Sequence record: SRR20825006_984
DNA length: 32,313 nucleotides
Reading direction: 5' to 3' (one strand)
Below are positions 1-8,604 of the stretch, piece after piece; position 1 is the stretch's first letter, and every line of letters starts with the position of its first letter. The position numbers and the translations under genes are program-made. A model generated the notes under the pieces. The model made no database searches. It worked only from the letters and a program-made list of their open reading frames with translations, and was not told the DNA's origin.

Positions 1-31
1 CATCAACACAAAAAAAAGTTTTTCTTGCCAC
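1..31 (-). CDS. Proline racemase family / 4-hydroxyproline 2-epimerase, N-terminal fragment (runs off the left edge)
   Basis: The minus strand from 31 reads GTG GCA AGA AAA ACT TTT TTT TGT GTT GAT = MARKTFFCVD, matching the start of Flavobacterial proline-racemase-family proteins (..FFCVDAHT.GNP). It lies 35 bp downstream of the KGSA dehydrogenase in the same orientation. Not in the ORF track; only 10 codons are visible. Confidence 0.7.
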   Translation of the reverse strand, partial: MARKTFFCVD

Positions 32-66
32 TAGCGCTCTTTAAAAAACCATCTTATTTTTATTTT

Positions 67-1590
67 CTATCCCTTGAGGTGTTCTGGCAACAACGACTGC
101 GGAAAGGATTGATAGCTAACCGGTCTGACCCATCTATTAATGGCATGCACACCAACTGCGGTAAACCTAGAATCCGTAGATGCCGGGTAGGGTCCTCCGT
201 GCTGCATGGACGGACACACTTCCACACCTGTGGGAACACCGTTATAAATGATCCTGCCCACTCTATTCTGCAAAGCATCCACTACCTCTATCAAATTGAT
301 GGTATCATTCTCTTCCGCGATAAGGGTGCCTGTCAACTGCCCTTCCAATCCTTCGATTATTTGAAGGAGTTCGGCATCATCCTTACATTGTACCACTAAC
401 GAAAATGGGCCAAAAACTTCTTGGTGCAATTTTGGATTGGCCAAAAATTCACTGCCTGAAACCGTTGCTACCGCTGAAGCTGCATAGTTTGGCTCCAAAT
501 CAGCATCTACTTTACCCACCACTTCAACCCCAGATTGGGATGTTACATCAGCTTCTTTTTTCTCGTAGCCGCTCTTAATGTTCGGGTGCAACATGCATTG
601 CGAATCTAACGCAATCGTTTCTTTCGCCAACTCGGCTATGAAATCTTCTGTATTATCATTCTTTATGGTCAACAACAGACCTGGATTGGTACAAAATTGT
701 CCAGTTCCCAACGTGATAGATCCTGCGTAAGTCTTTGCAATCTCTCCTCCTCTTTGGGATATGGCGTCCGGAGTTATGATTACCGGATTGATACTTCCCA
801 TTTCTGCAAATACAGGGATTGGCTCTTCTCTTTTTGCAGCGATATCGAACAATGCCCTTCCACCTGTAATACTACCTGTGAAGCCCACTGCTTTGACCTT
901 GGGATGGTTTACCAAATCCACTCCTGCCTGAACTCCTCCGTTGATACTGGAAAACACTCCTTTGGGCATGCCTGTTTTCTCTACTGCTTTAACAATGGCA
1001 GAAGCCACCAATTCGGATGTACCTGCGTGCATTGGATGGGATTTAACGATAACTGGACAACCGGCTGCCAGTGCACTTGCCGTATCACCTCCGGCCGTTG
1101 AATAGGCCAATGGGAAGTTACTTGCTCCAAATACAGCCACGGGCCCCAAGGGAATCATTGTTTTTCTCAAGTCCTCCTTGGGCAAAGGTTTTCTATCCGG
1201 CTCGGCCGCATCAAATGTATTCCCTCTCCAATCCTCAGTTTCCACCAGTTTTGCAAAGGTGCGCAATTGGTTCATGGTCCTCCCACGCTCACCAACCGCC
1301 CTACCTTTGGGAAGTCCTGATTCCATGGTATAGGTATCAATCAACTCTTGGTCCAATGCCAAAATCTCATCGGCAATGGCGTTGAGAAAATCTGCCCTTT
1401 GCTTACCGGGCACATTTCTATATACTTTAAAGGATTCCCATGCAGCATCTACGGCCTTTTCAATCTCTTCCTTTGTTACTTCTACAAATGTTGTGGGGTT
1501 TTCCTTGTTCAGTTTAGGGTTGATGGTCTTGAACTCAACCTCTCCATTTGCACTAAATTCTCCTGCGATACAGTTTTTACCTGTAATCAT
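67..1590 (-). CDS. NADP-dependent aldehyde dehydrogenase, alpha-ketoglutaric semialdehyde dehydrogenase (KGSADH) type
   Basis: ALDH motifs: GPVAVFGASNFPLAYSTAGGDTASALAAGCPV, FTGS..GG, EMGSINP, catalytic GQFCTNPG, EVFGP, HGGPYPAST. Start overlaps the stop of the upstream DapA-family gene (1587-1590). Confidence 0.9.
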   Translation of the reverse strand: MITGKNCIAGEFSANGEVEFKTINPKLNKENPTTFVEVTKEEIEKAVDAAWESFKVYRNVPGKQRADFLNAIADEILALDQELIDTYTMESGLPKGRAVGERGRTMNQLRTFAKLVETEDWRGNTFDAAEPDRKPLPKEDLRKTMIPLGPVAVFGASNFPLAYSTAGGDTASALAAGCPVIVKSHPMHAGTSELVASAIVKAVEKTGMPKGVFSSINGGVQAGVDLVNHPKVKAVGFTGSITGGRALFDIAAKREEPIPVFAEMGSINPVIITPDAISQRGGEIAKTYAGSITLGTGQFCTNPGLLLTIKNDNTEDFIAELAKETIALDSQCMLHPNIKSGYEKKEADVTSQSGVEVVGKVDADLEPNYAASAVATVSGSEFLANPKLHQEVFGPFSLVVQCKDDAELLQIIEGLEGQLTGTLIAEENDTINLIEVVDALQNRVGRIIYNGVPTGVEVCPSMQHGGPYPASTDSRFTAVGVHAINRWVRPVSYQSFPQSLLPEHLKG

Positions 1591-2510
1591 ACTACACTTT
1601 TTAGGTTTTTATATTCTGGGAGCTTTGGTCTGTTTTTCATAGCTTCCTCAATAACCTTGAGCACCCGCTCCCTTTCTTTTCCTTGCAAGGGCAATCTTGG
1701 GGCCCTAACATTTTCTGTTCCAATTCCTGTAGCTACTTCGGCCAATTTTATGTTCTGTACCAACTGCGGGCTTATATCCAGTTCCAGCAACGGCATAAAC
1801 CATTTATATATGGACAGGGCCTCGTTTATTTTACCTGCCTTGACGAGTTCGTAAATGGCCACGGTTTCCGCTGGGTAGGCGCAAACCAAACCTGCCACCC
1901 ATCCATCTGCTCCTATTACCAGACTTTCAAGTCCCAAAGTATCAACACCTGTGAATATCTTGAACCTATCGCCAAAACGATTTTTTAAACGTATTACATT
2001 GGTGATGTCCCGTGTTGATTCCTTTACGGCTTGGATGTTATCACATTCTGACAACTCTTCCATCATATCCAAAGTTACTTCAATTTTATAATCTACCGGA
2101 TTATTGTAAATCATTATGGGTAAAGATGTACTGTTTGCGATGGCTTTAAAGTACACAACGGTTTCGTGATCAGTTGCCTTGTAACGCATTGGAGGCAAAA
2201 GCATTAGCCCTTGCGCCCCTACCTTTTCTGCATGCTGTGCAACTTCTATGGCTTCTTTTGTGCTTTGCTCGGCTATGTTGATAATTACAGGAACTTTGCC
2301 CTGAACTATCTTTAACGAGGCTTTTATCAAGGTCTCCTTTTCCTCTTTGGTGAGAGTACTGGCCTCACCCAAGGTTCCTCCGAGTATTATTCCGTGTACA
2401 CCGGCATCCAGTTGTGCGTTAATATTTTTCTCAAACATGGCAAGGTCCAATTCGTCCTCGCTTGTGAATTTTGTGGTTACAGCGGGCATAACCCCTTCCC
2501 AATGTATCAT
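1587..2510 (-). CDS. DapA-family protein, probable delta1-pyrroline-4-hydroxy-2-carboxylate deaminase (HypD/LhpC-like)
   Basis: GGTLGE motif, IYNNP (catalytic Tyr), AVKES (Schiff-base Lys). Context with Hyp epimerase and KGSADH. Start moved to ATG 2510 (MIHWEGVMPAV), downstream of a -7 promoter element. Confidence 0.8.
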   Translation of the reverse strand: MIHWEGVMPAVTTKFTSEDELDLAMFEKNINAQLDAGVHGIILGGTLGEASTLTKEEKETLIKASLKIVQGKVPVIINIAEQSTKEAIEVAQHAEKVGAQGLMLLPPMRYKATDHETVVYFKAIANSTSLPIMIYNNPVDYKIEVTLDMMEELSECDNIQAVKESTRDITNVIRLKNRFGDRFKIFTGVDTLGLESLVIGADGWVAGLVCAYPAETVAIYELVKAGKINEALSIYKWFMPLLELDISPQLVQNIKLAEVATGIGTENVRAPRLPLQGKERERVLKVIEEAMKNRPKLPEYKNLKSVV

Positions 2511-2530
2511 AATGCTATATATTTTGATTA

Positions 2531-2538
2531 CAAAAATA
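2531..2538 (-). promoter_or_regulatory. Bacteroidota housekeeping -7 element (TATTTTTG) for the Hyp operon
   Basis: Plus-strand CAAAAATA reads TAnnTTTG on the minus strand, 20 nt upstream of ATG 2510. Confidence 0.65.
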
Positions 2539-2580
2539 GATGACTGAATTTCAAGGATAAGCTTCATTATTAACGAATAC

Positions 2581-2596
2581 TGATACTATATTAACC
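2581..2596. promoter_or_regulatory. Putative AraC operator TGATACTATATTAACC
   Basis: 13/16 identical to TGATATTATGTTGACC at 8366-8381 upstream of susC, at nearly the same spacing from the -7 element. Confidence 0.5.
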
Positions 2597-2645
2597 CAAA
2601 TATTGGTTCAGGTCATTATTATGATGATATTCGCATAAAAAAGTA

Positions 2646-3488
2646 GTGAAAGTTCTTCCGTTTAAAATTCCGAAACCCAAAGATGAAGCCTTGGTCTATC
2701 AAGTAGATCGGGAACGGGTTTTTTATGACCAACTTCACCAACATGCAGAAATACAGATAAGTTATATTGCCAAAGGTGCAGGATCTTTGATCGTAGGCGA
2801 CTCCATTAGTGATTACAAGGAGGGTGATATCTTGGTCATAGGAGGATATGTCCCACATGCTTTTAAGAGCGATGTTTCCTTTTCTCCAAAATCGCTTATG
2901 TACACTCTTTTTTTTGACATCAACTCTTTTGGAAAAGATTTTTTCCGCATTACAGACCTTGCATCCACAAAGGAATTCTTCAAAAAATCGGAACTTGGAA
3001 TGCGGGTCATATCCAATAAAGACATCATTATTGGAGAGTTCAACAAACTAAAAACTCAAAATAAAATAGAGCAAATAGCCACTCTGTTGGTCATTATAAA
3101 CCGTATAACACAATCCCAAACAACGCCCCTGTCCTCATTTGTTTATCGCAAGTCTTTTTCCGATGATGAGGGCAAGCGTATGAACGATGTTTTTAAATAT
3201 GCCATGGACCGCTACCACGAGCCTATCAGTTTAGATGAAATAGCCGATGTGGCCAATATGAGCAAAAATGCTTTTTGCCGGTATTTTAAAAAACGGACGA
3301 ACAAGACTTTTTTTCAGTTTCTTATTGAGATTCGAATAGAAAATGCCTGTAAACTGATTCTTGGAAGTCCAGAACTGGCTATTTCATTAATCTCCGATCA
3401 ATGCGGATTTAACAACATTGCCAACTTTAACAGAAAATTCAAGGAATTGAAAGGCTGTTCTCCCACCCAATTCCGGGCGCAATTTTAA
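2646..3488 (+). CDS. AraC/XylS-family transcriptional regulator with N-terminal cupin domain
   Basis: Cupin LHQHAEIQISYI; C-terminal double HTH (ISLDEIADVANMSKNAFCRYFKK...CGFNNIANFNRKFKELKGCSPTQFR). GTG start; divergent from the Hyp operon. Confidence 0.93.
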   Translation: MKVLPFKIPKPKDEALVYQVDRERVFYDQLHQHAEIQISYIAKGAGSLIVGDSISDYKEGDILVIGGYVPHAFKSDVSFSPKSLMYTLFFDINSFGKDFFRITDLASTKEFFKKSELGMRVISNKDIIIGEFNKLKTQNKIEQIATLLVIINRITQSQTTPLSSFVYRKSFSDDEGKRMNDVFKYAMDRYHEPISLDEIADVANMSKNAFCRYFKKRTNKTFFQFLIEIRIENACKLILGSPELAISLISDQCGFNNIANFNRKFKELKGCSPTQFRAQF

Positions 3489-3503
3489 AATCCATATCGA
3501 TAT

Positions 3504-3531
3504 AAAAAAAACGGATGGGAAATCCCATCCG
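3504..3531 (-). terminator. Rho-independent terminator for susC-susD
   Basis: Hairpin CGGATGGG-AAAT-CCCATCCG (3512-3531) preceded by A8, i.e. a U-tract on the minus strand. Lies between convergent araC and susD. Confidence 0.8.
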
Positions 3532-3596
3532 CTTATGCACTAAATAACAAACTCAAAACAATTACAACAATTTGTTTTATCGTCTACACCTTTTCC

Positions 3597-5195
3597 CTAG
3601 TAGCCAGGATTCTGGCTCAGGTTTGTGTTGGTGTTAAGTTCTTCCAAGCCTATGGGAAATAGGATTGTGTAGTCTCCTTGAGGGGTATGGTTATACCAAT
3701 TTTTTGTCTGGTACACACCAAATCGAATCATATCGGACCTTCTTCTTGCCTCTGCAGCGAACTCCCATCCCAATTCGTCCAAAAAGCGGCCGTATGGTAC
3801 AGCAGATTGGTCTCCTGGTTGATCTATGGTTCCATCTTCGGCCAAGGTTCCATACTCCACAGTAGTATCCCCTTCAAGTTCAGTTCCTGTAACGGTGGCC
3901 TCGGCAGGATCTTCAAAAGAACGTAGACGAACCTGCGTTACTATGGTAGCTGCTTCATCGGCACGATTGGTTCTTAAGAGGGCTTCGGCCTTCATCATAA
4001 GTACATCTGTATACCTCAGAAAAGGGAAGTCAACGCTGAGTCCTGCTGTAGCTCCGGATTCTATTTCGTATTTACCACATCTGAAACCGTCTGTAAATTC
4101 GCAATCATAAATACTTGGCATTTCCTTTCTGAGGGTCATTACCACACTACCGTCGGAAGCGTTCAATTGGTCTCCCATCAACCAGGTATCCGCCAAACGT
4201 TTATCATTGGTATCATAACTATCTATAAATTGTGGATTACAACTAGACCCTCCCCAAGGTTGGGCCTGCATATCAAAAACCAATCTATGATCTGGCAAAA
4301 GCATTTTCATATGGGCATTCCAGTCGCCAGCAAATATTTGATCGTAAGGAATCGCGAAAACCATTTCTGGATTTCCCTGATTCTCTGTACTAAAGATATC
4401 GGAGTAATTTGACGATAGCTCAAAAGCCCCGCTGGATATAATTTCATCACATGCATCGATAACATTGTCCCATTGGGCGGTTCCTGTATATACCTCGGCA
4501 TTTAAATACACACGTGCCAGAACATGATAAGCTGCCCACTTCGTCATACGACCATAGGTTGATTGATCTACGACCTCGGTTAGGTTGGGTATAACCTCTG
4601 TCAACTCGGATACAATAAAGTTGTACACTTCTGCACGTGGACTCTGTACCGGAAGTTCATCACTATAACTTGCTATAATGGGAACGTTGCCATGGGTATC
4701 CACCAACATAGAATAGTACAATGCCCTCAAGGCCCTCATTTCTGAAATAATGGCAGATGCCTGCTCTTCGCTCACCGGTAGTTCTCCAGATTCTACTTGT
4801 AGAATTACCCTATTGGCACTATTGATTCCATTGAAACAGGTTATCCATGTGTTTCTTGGTTGCCATTGGGTCTCTGTCCATTCATGAAAGTGCATTCTTT
4901 TGTATGTACCTCCATCATCCCAACCATTGGGCCGTGTTGGAGTCACGAACATATCGCCGGGCTCTTCCTGCAAATCAAAATATCCTTGCCAACCCATTAC
5001 AAATCGCATTGGCGTGTAAGCGGATGCCATAACCGAAATGATATCGGATTCCGAAGGCACAAAAGAGGATTCTGTCACTTCCGAGAACACTTCTTCCTCC
5101 AAGTCGGTACAGGCTATTGGCAAGAGTAATAAACTTGCCAGGAGCGTCAAAATTTTTGGTCTAAGTGAATTCACTTTGTTTAATATATTTTTCAT
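3597..5195 (-). CDS. susD: RagB/SusD-family outer-membrane lipoprotein
   Basis: Lipobox PIAC followed by acidic TDLEEE; SusD motifs (RALRALYY, GRMTKWAAYHVLARVYLNAEVY, LRYTDVLMMKAEA, ELGWEFAAEARRRSDMIRFG, terminal QNPGY). Start moved to ATG 5195, 10 bp after the susC stop. Confidence 0.93.
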   Translation of the reverse strand: MKNILNKVNSLRPKILTLLASLLLLPIACTDLEEEVFSEVTESSFVPSESDIISVMASAYTPMRFVMGWQGYFDLQEEPGDMFVTPTRPNGWDDGGTYKRMHFHEWTETQWQPRNTWITCFNGINSANRVILQVESGELPVSEEQASAIISEMRALRALYYSMLVDTHGNVPIIASYSDELPVQSPRAEVYNFIVSELTEVIPNLTEVVDQSTYGRMTKWAAYHVLARVYLNAEVYTGTAQWDNVIDACDEIISSGAFELSSNYSDIFSTENQGNPEMVFAIPYDQIFAGDWNAHMKMLLPDHRLVFDMQAQPWGGSSCNPQFIDSYDTNDKRLADTWLMGDQLNASDGSVVMTLRKEMPSIYDCEFTDGFRCGKYEIESGATAGLSVDFPFLRYTDVLMMKAEALLRTNRADEAATIVTQVRLRSFEDPAEATVTGTELEGDTTVEYGTLAEDGTIDQPGDQSAVPYGRFLDELGWEFAAEARRRSDMIRFGVYQTKNWYNHTPQGDYTILFPIGLEELNTNTNLSQNPGY

Positions 5196-5205
5196 AATAT
5201 TTTTT

Positions 5206-8200
5206 TTAGAATGTGAAGTTGATCCCCAATGTAAATGTTCTGATAGAGGGGTACTTATCCCTGTTATCATTTCCTGGAACAATTCCATCGTTAGGAGTGC
5301 GGTTTCTATTTACTTCTGGGTCTATCCCCTTATATCCCGTAATAGTCGCCAAGTTCAGTCCTGATGCATAAATACGGAAGCTTTGGGCAAACTTGATGGC
5401 ATCCTTGGGCAGTGTGTATCCCAAGGTAACGTTGTCTATCTTTAAGAAATCCCCGTCTTCCACATAGTAGCTTACAAATCGTTGCACATCTTGCAGGACA
5501 GCTTTTCCATATACCATATCATAGGCGGAGTCCAATGTATTGTAGCTGATAGTTGGGTTTTCATAGAACATTCTGGAAAAGTTCAATATTTGATAATCCA
5601 ATGCTCCTCTTAAATTTACCATCAAGTCCCAGTTTTTATACTTAACCGTGTTGTTCCAGCTATAGTAGGCTTTTGGCAAACCGTTGCCCAGTACTTGTCT
5701 ATCGTCGGTAGTGGCCTCGGTTGCAGGAACAAGTGTGCCATCAGGACGTTCTATGACCCAAATACCGTCTTCGGTAATGTCCACACTTTTTAATCCAAAG
5801 AAATTACCAATTGGTTGTCCCTCTTGAATTCTATGAGTTTCGATTTGAATAGGCTCGCCTGTATATCCCTCATCAAAGAAATCATTGGTCAATTGGAACT
5901 CGCCGTTGGACAATGACACTACTTCGTTGGTATTCGTGGAATAGGTAAGGTTAGCGGTCCATTCAAAATTATCCGTTTGAAAAGGGGTCACGTTCAATAG
6001 GAATTCCAGACCTGTATTTTTAATCTGAGCTACGTTCGCCGCTATCTCTCCATAAAAATAGGGAGGTGTCGGTACGCTATAATTCAGCAGTGCATCCTTC
6101 GTGGTTCTGTTGTAGTAATCTACGGAACCATTGATGCGGCCATCTAGCACCCCAAAATCCAATCCTAGGTTAAACTCTTCCTTTTTCTCCCAACGCAGGT
6201 TTGGATTTGCGTTACGGGACGGTACCAATTCTCTTACCCATTGGCCATTGTTCAAGAAATAATCTCCATACGTTAGTCCACTCAAAGCTTGGTAATTAGC
6301 TCCTGCATTGATCCCTGTGATACCAAAACCTGTTCTTAACTTAAGATTGGACAGCCAATCCCAGTTATCCGCGAAAGATTCCTGATCTACGCGCCAACCT
6401 AATGAAATACCAGGAAAATTACCCCATTTGTTATCTTCACCAAATCTGGAAGATCCTTCACGGCGCATACTTGCCATTAAAAGATAACGATCATCGTAGT
6501 TGTAGGTGACCCTTGAGAAAAATGCTATCAGTTTATCGGAATACTTTTCACTTCCCATTCCTGCTTCACCCAATTGAAGTCCTTGACCGCTACCCAAGTT
6601 ATTGTAGGTAAAACCATCCGTTGGGAAACGACGGTTGGTTGCCCAAAAGCCCTCAGTGGTATTGTCTTCATAGTTGTACCCAACTAGACCTGTCACCTTG
6701 TGTTTTCCGAAACTGTTGTCGTAATCCATGGTAAACTGCCCATAGTTTCCAACATAATCATTGGTCCCCCTTGAAGCAAAGCCTTCTTGGCCGTTTTTAG
6801 TAGTGGAAACATGGTTCTTTGTCTGGTAAAAACCTCTGATATTTGAATTTCCCTTACGCGTATACAGTCCTTTGACCGTAACATGGTCTCCAAAGTCGTA
6901 GCTTAAGGAAAAATCGAATCTAGTGTTCCTATACCTGTTCTGACCAATGGTTTCCTGTATATAGGCAACAGGGTTGTCGTAGAAATACACATCTCTCTCG
7001 TACCAAGTTCCATCTTCGTTGTAAACAGGCTCCGTCGGATTTCTTATCAGGGCCTGTCTGTATATGTACGGGTTAAAGCTTGCTCCATCACCCAGGGCAT
7101 TAAAGGTCTGTTCGCTCAATATTACACCAACATTTGCTTTCAATCGGTTGTCGAACATGGCATGGTTCACACTTACTCTTGCCGTATGTCTCTTGTTATC
7201 GGATTTTAGAAAAATCCCTTCAAGATCCCTATAGTTTAAGGAGGCCGTCATATTGGAAGTTGAATTACCTGCCCTAAAAATAAGGTTGTGAACTTGACTG
7301 TAGGCATCGCGGGTAATTTGGTCGACCCAATCGGTATCAGACCCAAAGTCCTGAACATTTGCTCCATTAAAAGTGTAACCTTCATTGAATTTTTGTCTCA
7401 ACTCTCCAGCATCCAAGAAGTTCAATCTATCAGCGATTGTGGACAAAGATGCATATCCATTATATTCAATGGTCGGTTTCATATCTGCACTACCCTTTTT
7501 TGTGGTAATGATGATTACACCATTGGTACCACGCGTTCCATAAATGGCAGTTGCAGAACCATCTTTTAGCACATCAATGGATTCAATGTCTTCTGGTGCC
7601 ACAGTATTTAAACTTCCGGGAACTCCATCAACCAAAACCAATGGGTTAGACCCTCCAGTTAAAGAGGAGAACCCCCTTAAGTTGATTTGCGTACCTTCCG
7701 TGGGGTCGCCCGAAGGTGCCGAAACGGACAGACCGGCAACCTTACCTTGAATAAGTTGCGCCGCATCCTTTACATTTCCCTGTACAAAGTCTTCAGACTT
7801 TACAGTTGCCACAGAACTGGTTACATCGGCACGTTTTTGCGTACCGTAACCAATTACAACTACTTCCGAGAGCTGTTGAAGATCCTCCTTGAGGACCACA
7901 TTAATTGTGGATTTTCCTTGTACGGGAATTTCCTGACTTACAAAACCTAAATAAGAAAATACCAACACCGCATCGGATTGCGAGGTGGTAATCTCATAAT
8001 TTCCATCAAAATCGGTAGCCGTACCGTTGGCGGTGTTCTTTTCCAACACCGCAGCTCCTGCAATGGGTATCCCTTGCTCATCTGTAATGTTACCTGTAAC
8101 CGTCTGTTGAGAAAACCCAGCTTGCGCCACAAAAACGCAAAACAAGGAAAGTACAAGCTGCTTTTTAAGACAATTGGTCCCTAGACATTCTTTAAATAAA

Positions 8201-8217
8201 AAGTTAGCCAATTTCAT
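5206..8217 (-). CDS. susC: SusC/RagA-family TonB-dependent transporter
   Basis: Signal peptide, N-terminal carboxypeptidase-regulatory-like domain, LSEVVVIGYG, plug (PLVLVDGVPG..DIESIDVLKDGSATAIYGTRGTNGVIIITTKKG), NPNLRWEK, C-terminal YPSIRTFTLGINFTF. Confidence 0.96.
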   Translation of the reverse strand: MKLANFLFKECLGTNCLKKQLVLSLFCVFVAQAGFSQQTVTGNITDEQGIPIAGAAVLEKNTANGTATDFDGNYEITTSQSDAVLVFSYLGFVSQEIPVQGKSTINVVLKEDLQQLSEVVVIGYGTQKRADVTSSVATVKSEDFVQGNVKDAAQLIQGKVAGLSVSAPSGDPTEGTQINLRGFSSLTGGSNPLVLVDGVPGSLNTVAPEDIESIDVLKDGSATAIYGTRGTNGVIIITTKKGSADMKPTIEYNGYASLSTIADRLNFLDAGELRQKFNEGYTFNGANVQDFGSDTDWVDQITRDAYSQVHNLIFRAGNSTSNMTASLNYRDLEGIFLKSDNKRHTARVSVNHAMFDNRLKANVGVILSEQTFNALGDGASFNPYIYRQALIRNPTEPVYNEDGTWYERDVYFYDNPVAYIQETIGQNRYRNTRFDFSLSYDFGDHVTVKGLYTRKGNSNIRGFYQTKNHVSTTKNGQEGFASRGTNDYVGNYGQFTMDYDNSFGKHKVTGLVGYNYEDNTTEGFWATNRRFPTDGFTYNNLGSGQGLQLGEAGMGSEKYSDKLIAFFSRVTYNYDDRYLLMASMRREGSSRFGEDNKWGNFPGISLGWRVDQESFADNWDWLSNLKLRTGFGITGINAGANYQALSGLTYGDYFLNNGQWVRELVPSRNANPNLRWEKKEEFNLGLDFGVLDGRINGSVDYYNRTTKDALLNYSVPTPPYFYGEIAANVAQIKNTGLEFLLNVTPFQTDNFEWTANLTYSTNTNEVVSLSNGEFQLTNDFFDEGYTGEPIQIETHRIQEGQPIGNFFGLKSVDITEDGIWVIERPDGTLVPATEATTDDRQVLGNGLPKAYYSWNNTVKYKNWDLMVNLRGALDYQILNFSRMFYENPTISYNTLDSAYDMVYGKAVLQDVQRFVSYYVEDGDFLKIDNVTLGYTLPKDAIKFAQSFRIYASGLNLATITGYKGIDPEVNRNRTPNDGIVPGNDNRDKYPSIRTFTLGINFTF

Positions 8218-8365
8218 AATACATGTTAATTAGTTGAGTTAATTTTTCCTGTAAAAACCATTGCTCAGCATCGTTAATATTGATTTAAAGATTAATAAGC
8301 GTTAATTTTACACTTGTAAATGTAAACTTATGGCTCAGAAGATTTCTGGAAATATTATCCGGTTT

Positions 8366-8381
8366 TGATATTATGTTGACC
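8366..8381. promoter_or_regulatory. Putative AraC operator TGATATTATGTTGACC upstream of susC
   Basis: Matches the 2581-2596 motif at 13/16 positions. It starts 49 bp from a -7-like element (TACATTTA on the minus strand, 8317-8324), versus 50 bp at the Hyp operon. Confidence 0.5.
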
Positions 8382-8604
8382 AATCAGCCCTGTTATTCTT
8401 ATTTAACGTGACTTAATTCTATCAATTCGTTAAAACTGAAAGTAATTTCACTGATTTATGTAAGTAAATTTATGTTACATAAAACTAGGGCGGCATTAGT
8501 TCAAAATCGTACCAACTTTATCCAAACCAATTCTAGGTATGTTCTTTGTATGGACTTATCAAGTGCTCATAAAACCCTAACTTTAGGTGCAATTTTTTTT
8601 AGAC

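Noticed and set aside
1587-2510. DapA-family gene as a true dihydrodipicolinate synthase (dapA)
   Set aside because: It has GGTLGE rather than GTTGE, and its operon context with KGSADH and a Hyp epimerase points to a catabolic deaminase.
5196-5288. N-terminal extensions in the ORF track (susD from 5288; likewise 2567, 15006, 16354, 16398, 18626, 19141)
   Set aside because: They overlap upstream genes or promoter elements and precede the signal peptides or conserved N-termini; downstream starts fit better.
8341-8604. Bacteroidota SOS box (GGA-N5-TCC) upstream of the exonuclease/GIY-YIG gene
   Set aside because: Only GGA-N7-TCC (8348-8360) and GGA-N5-CAA were found; neither matches the consensus.
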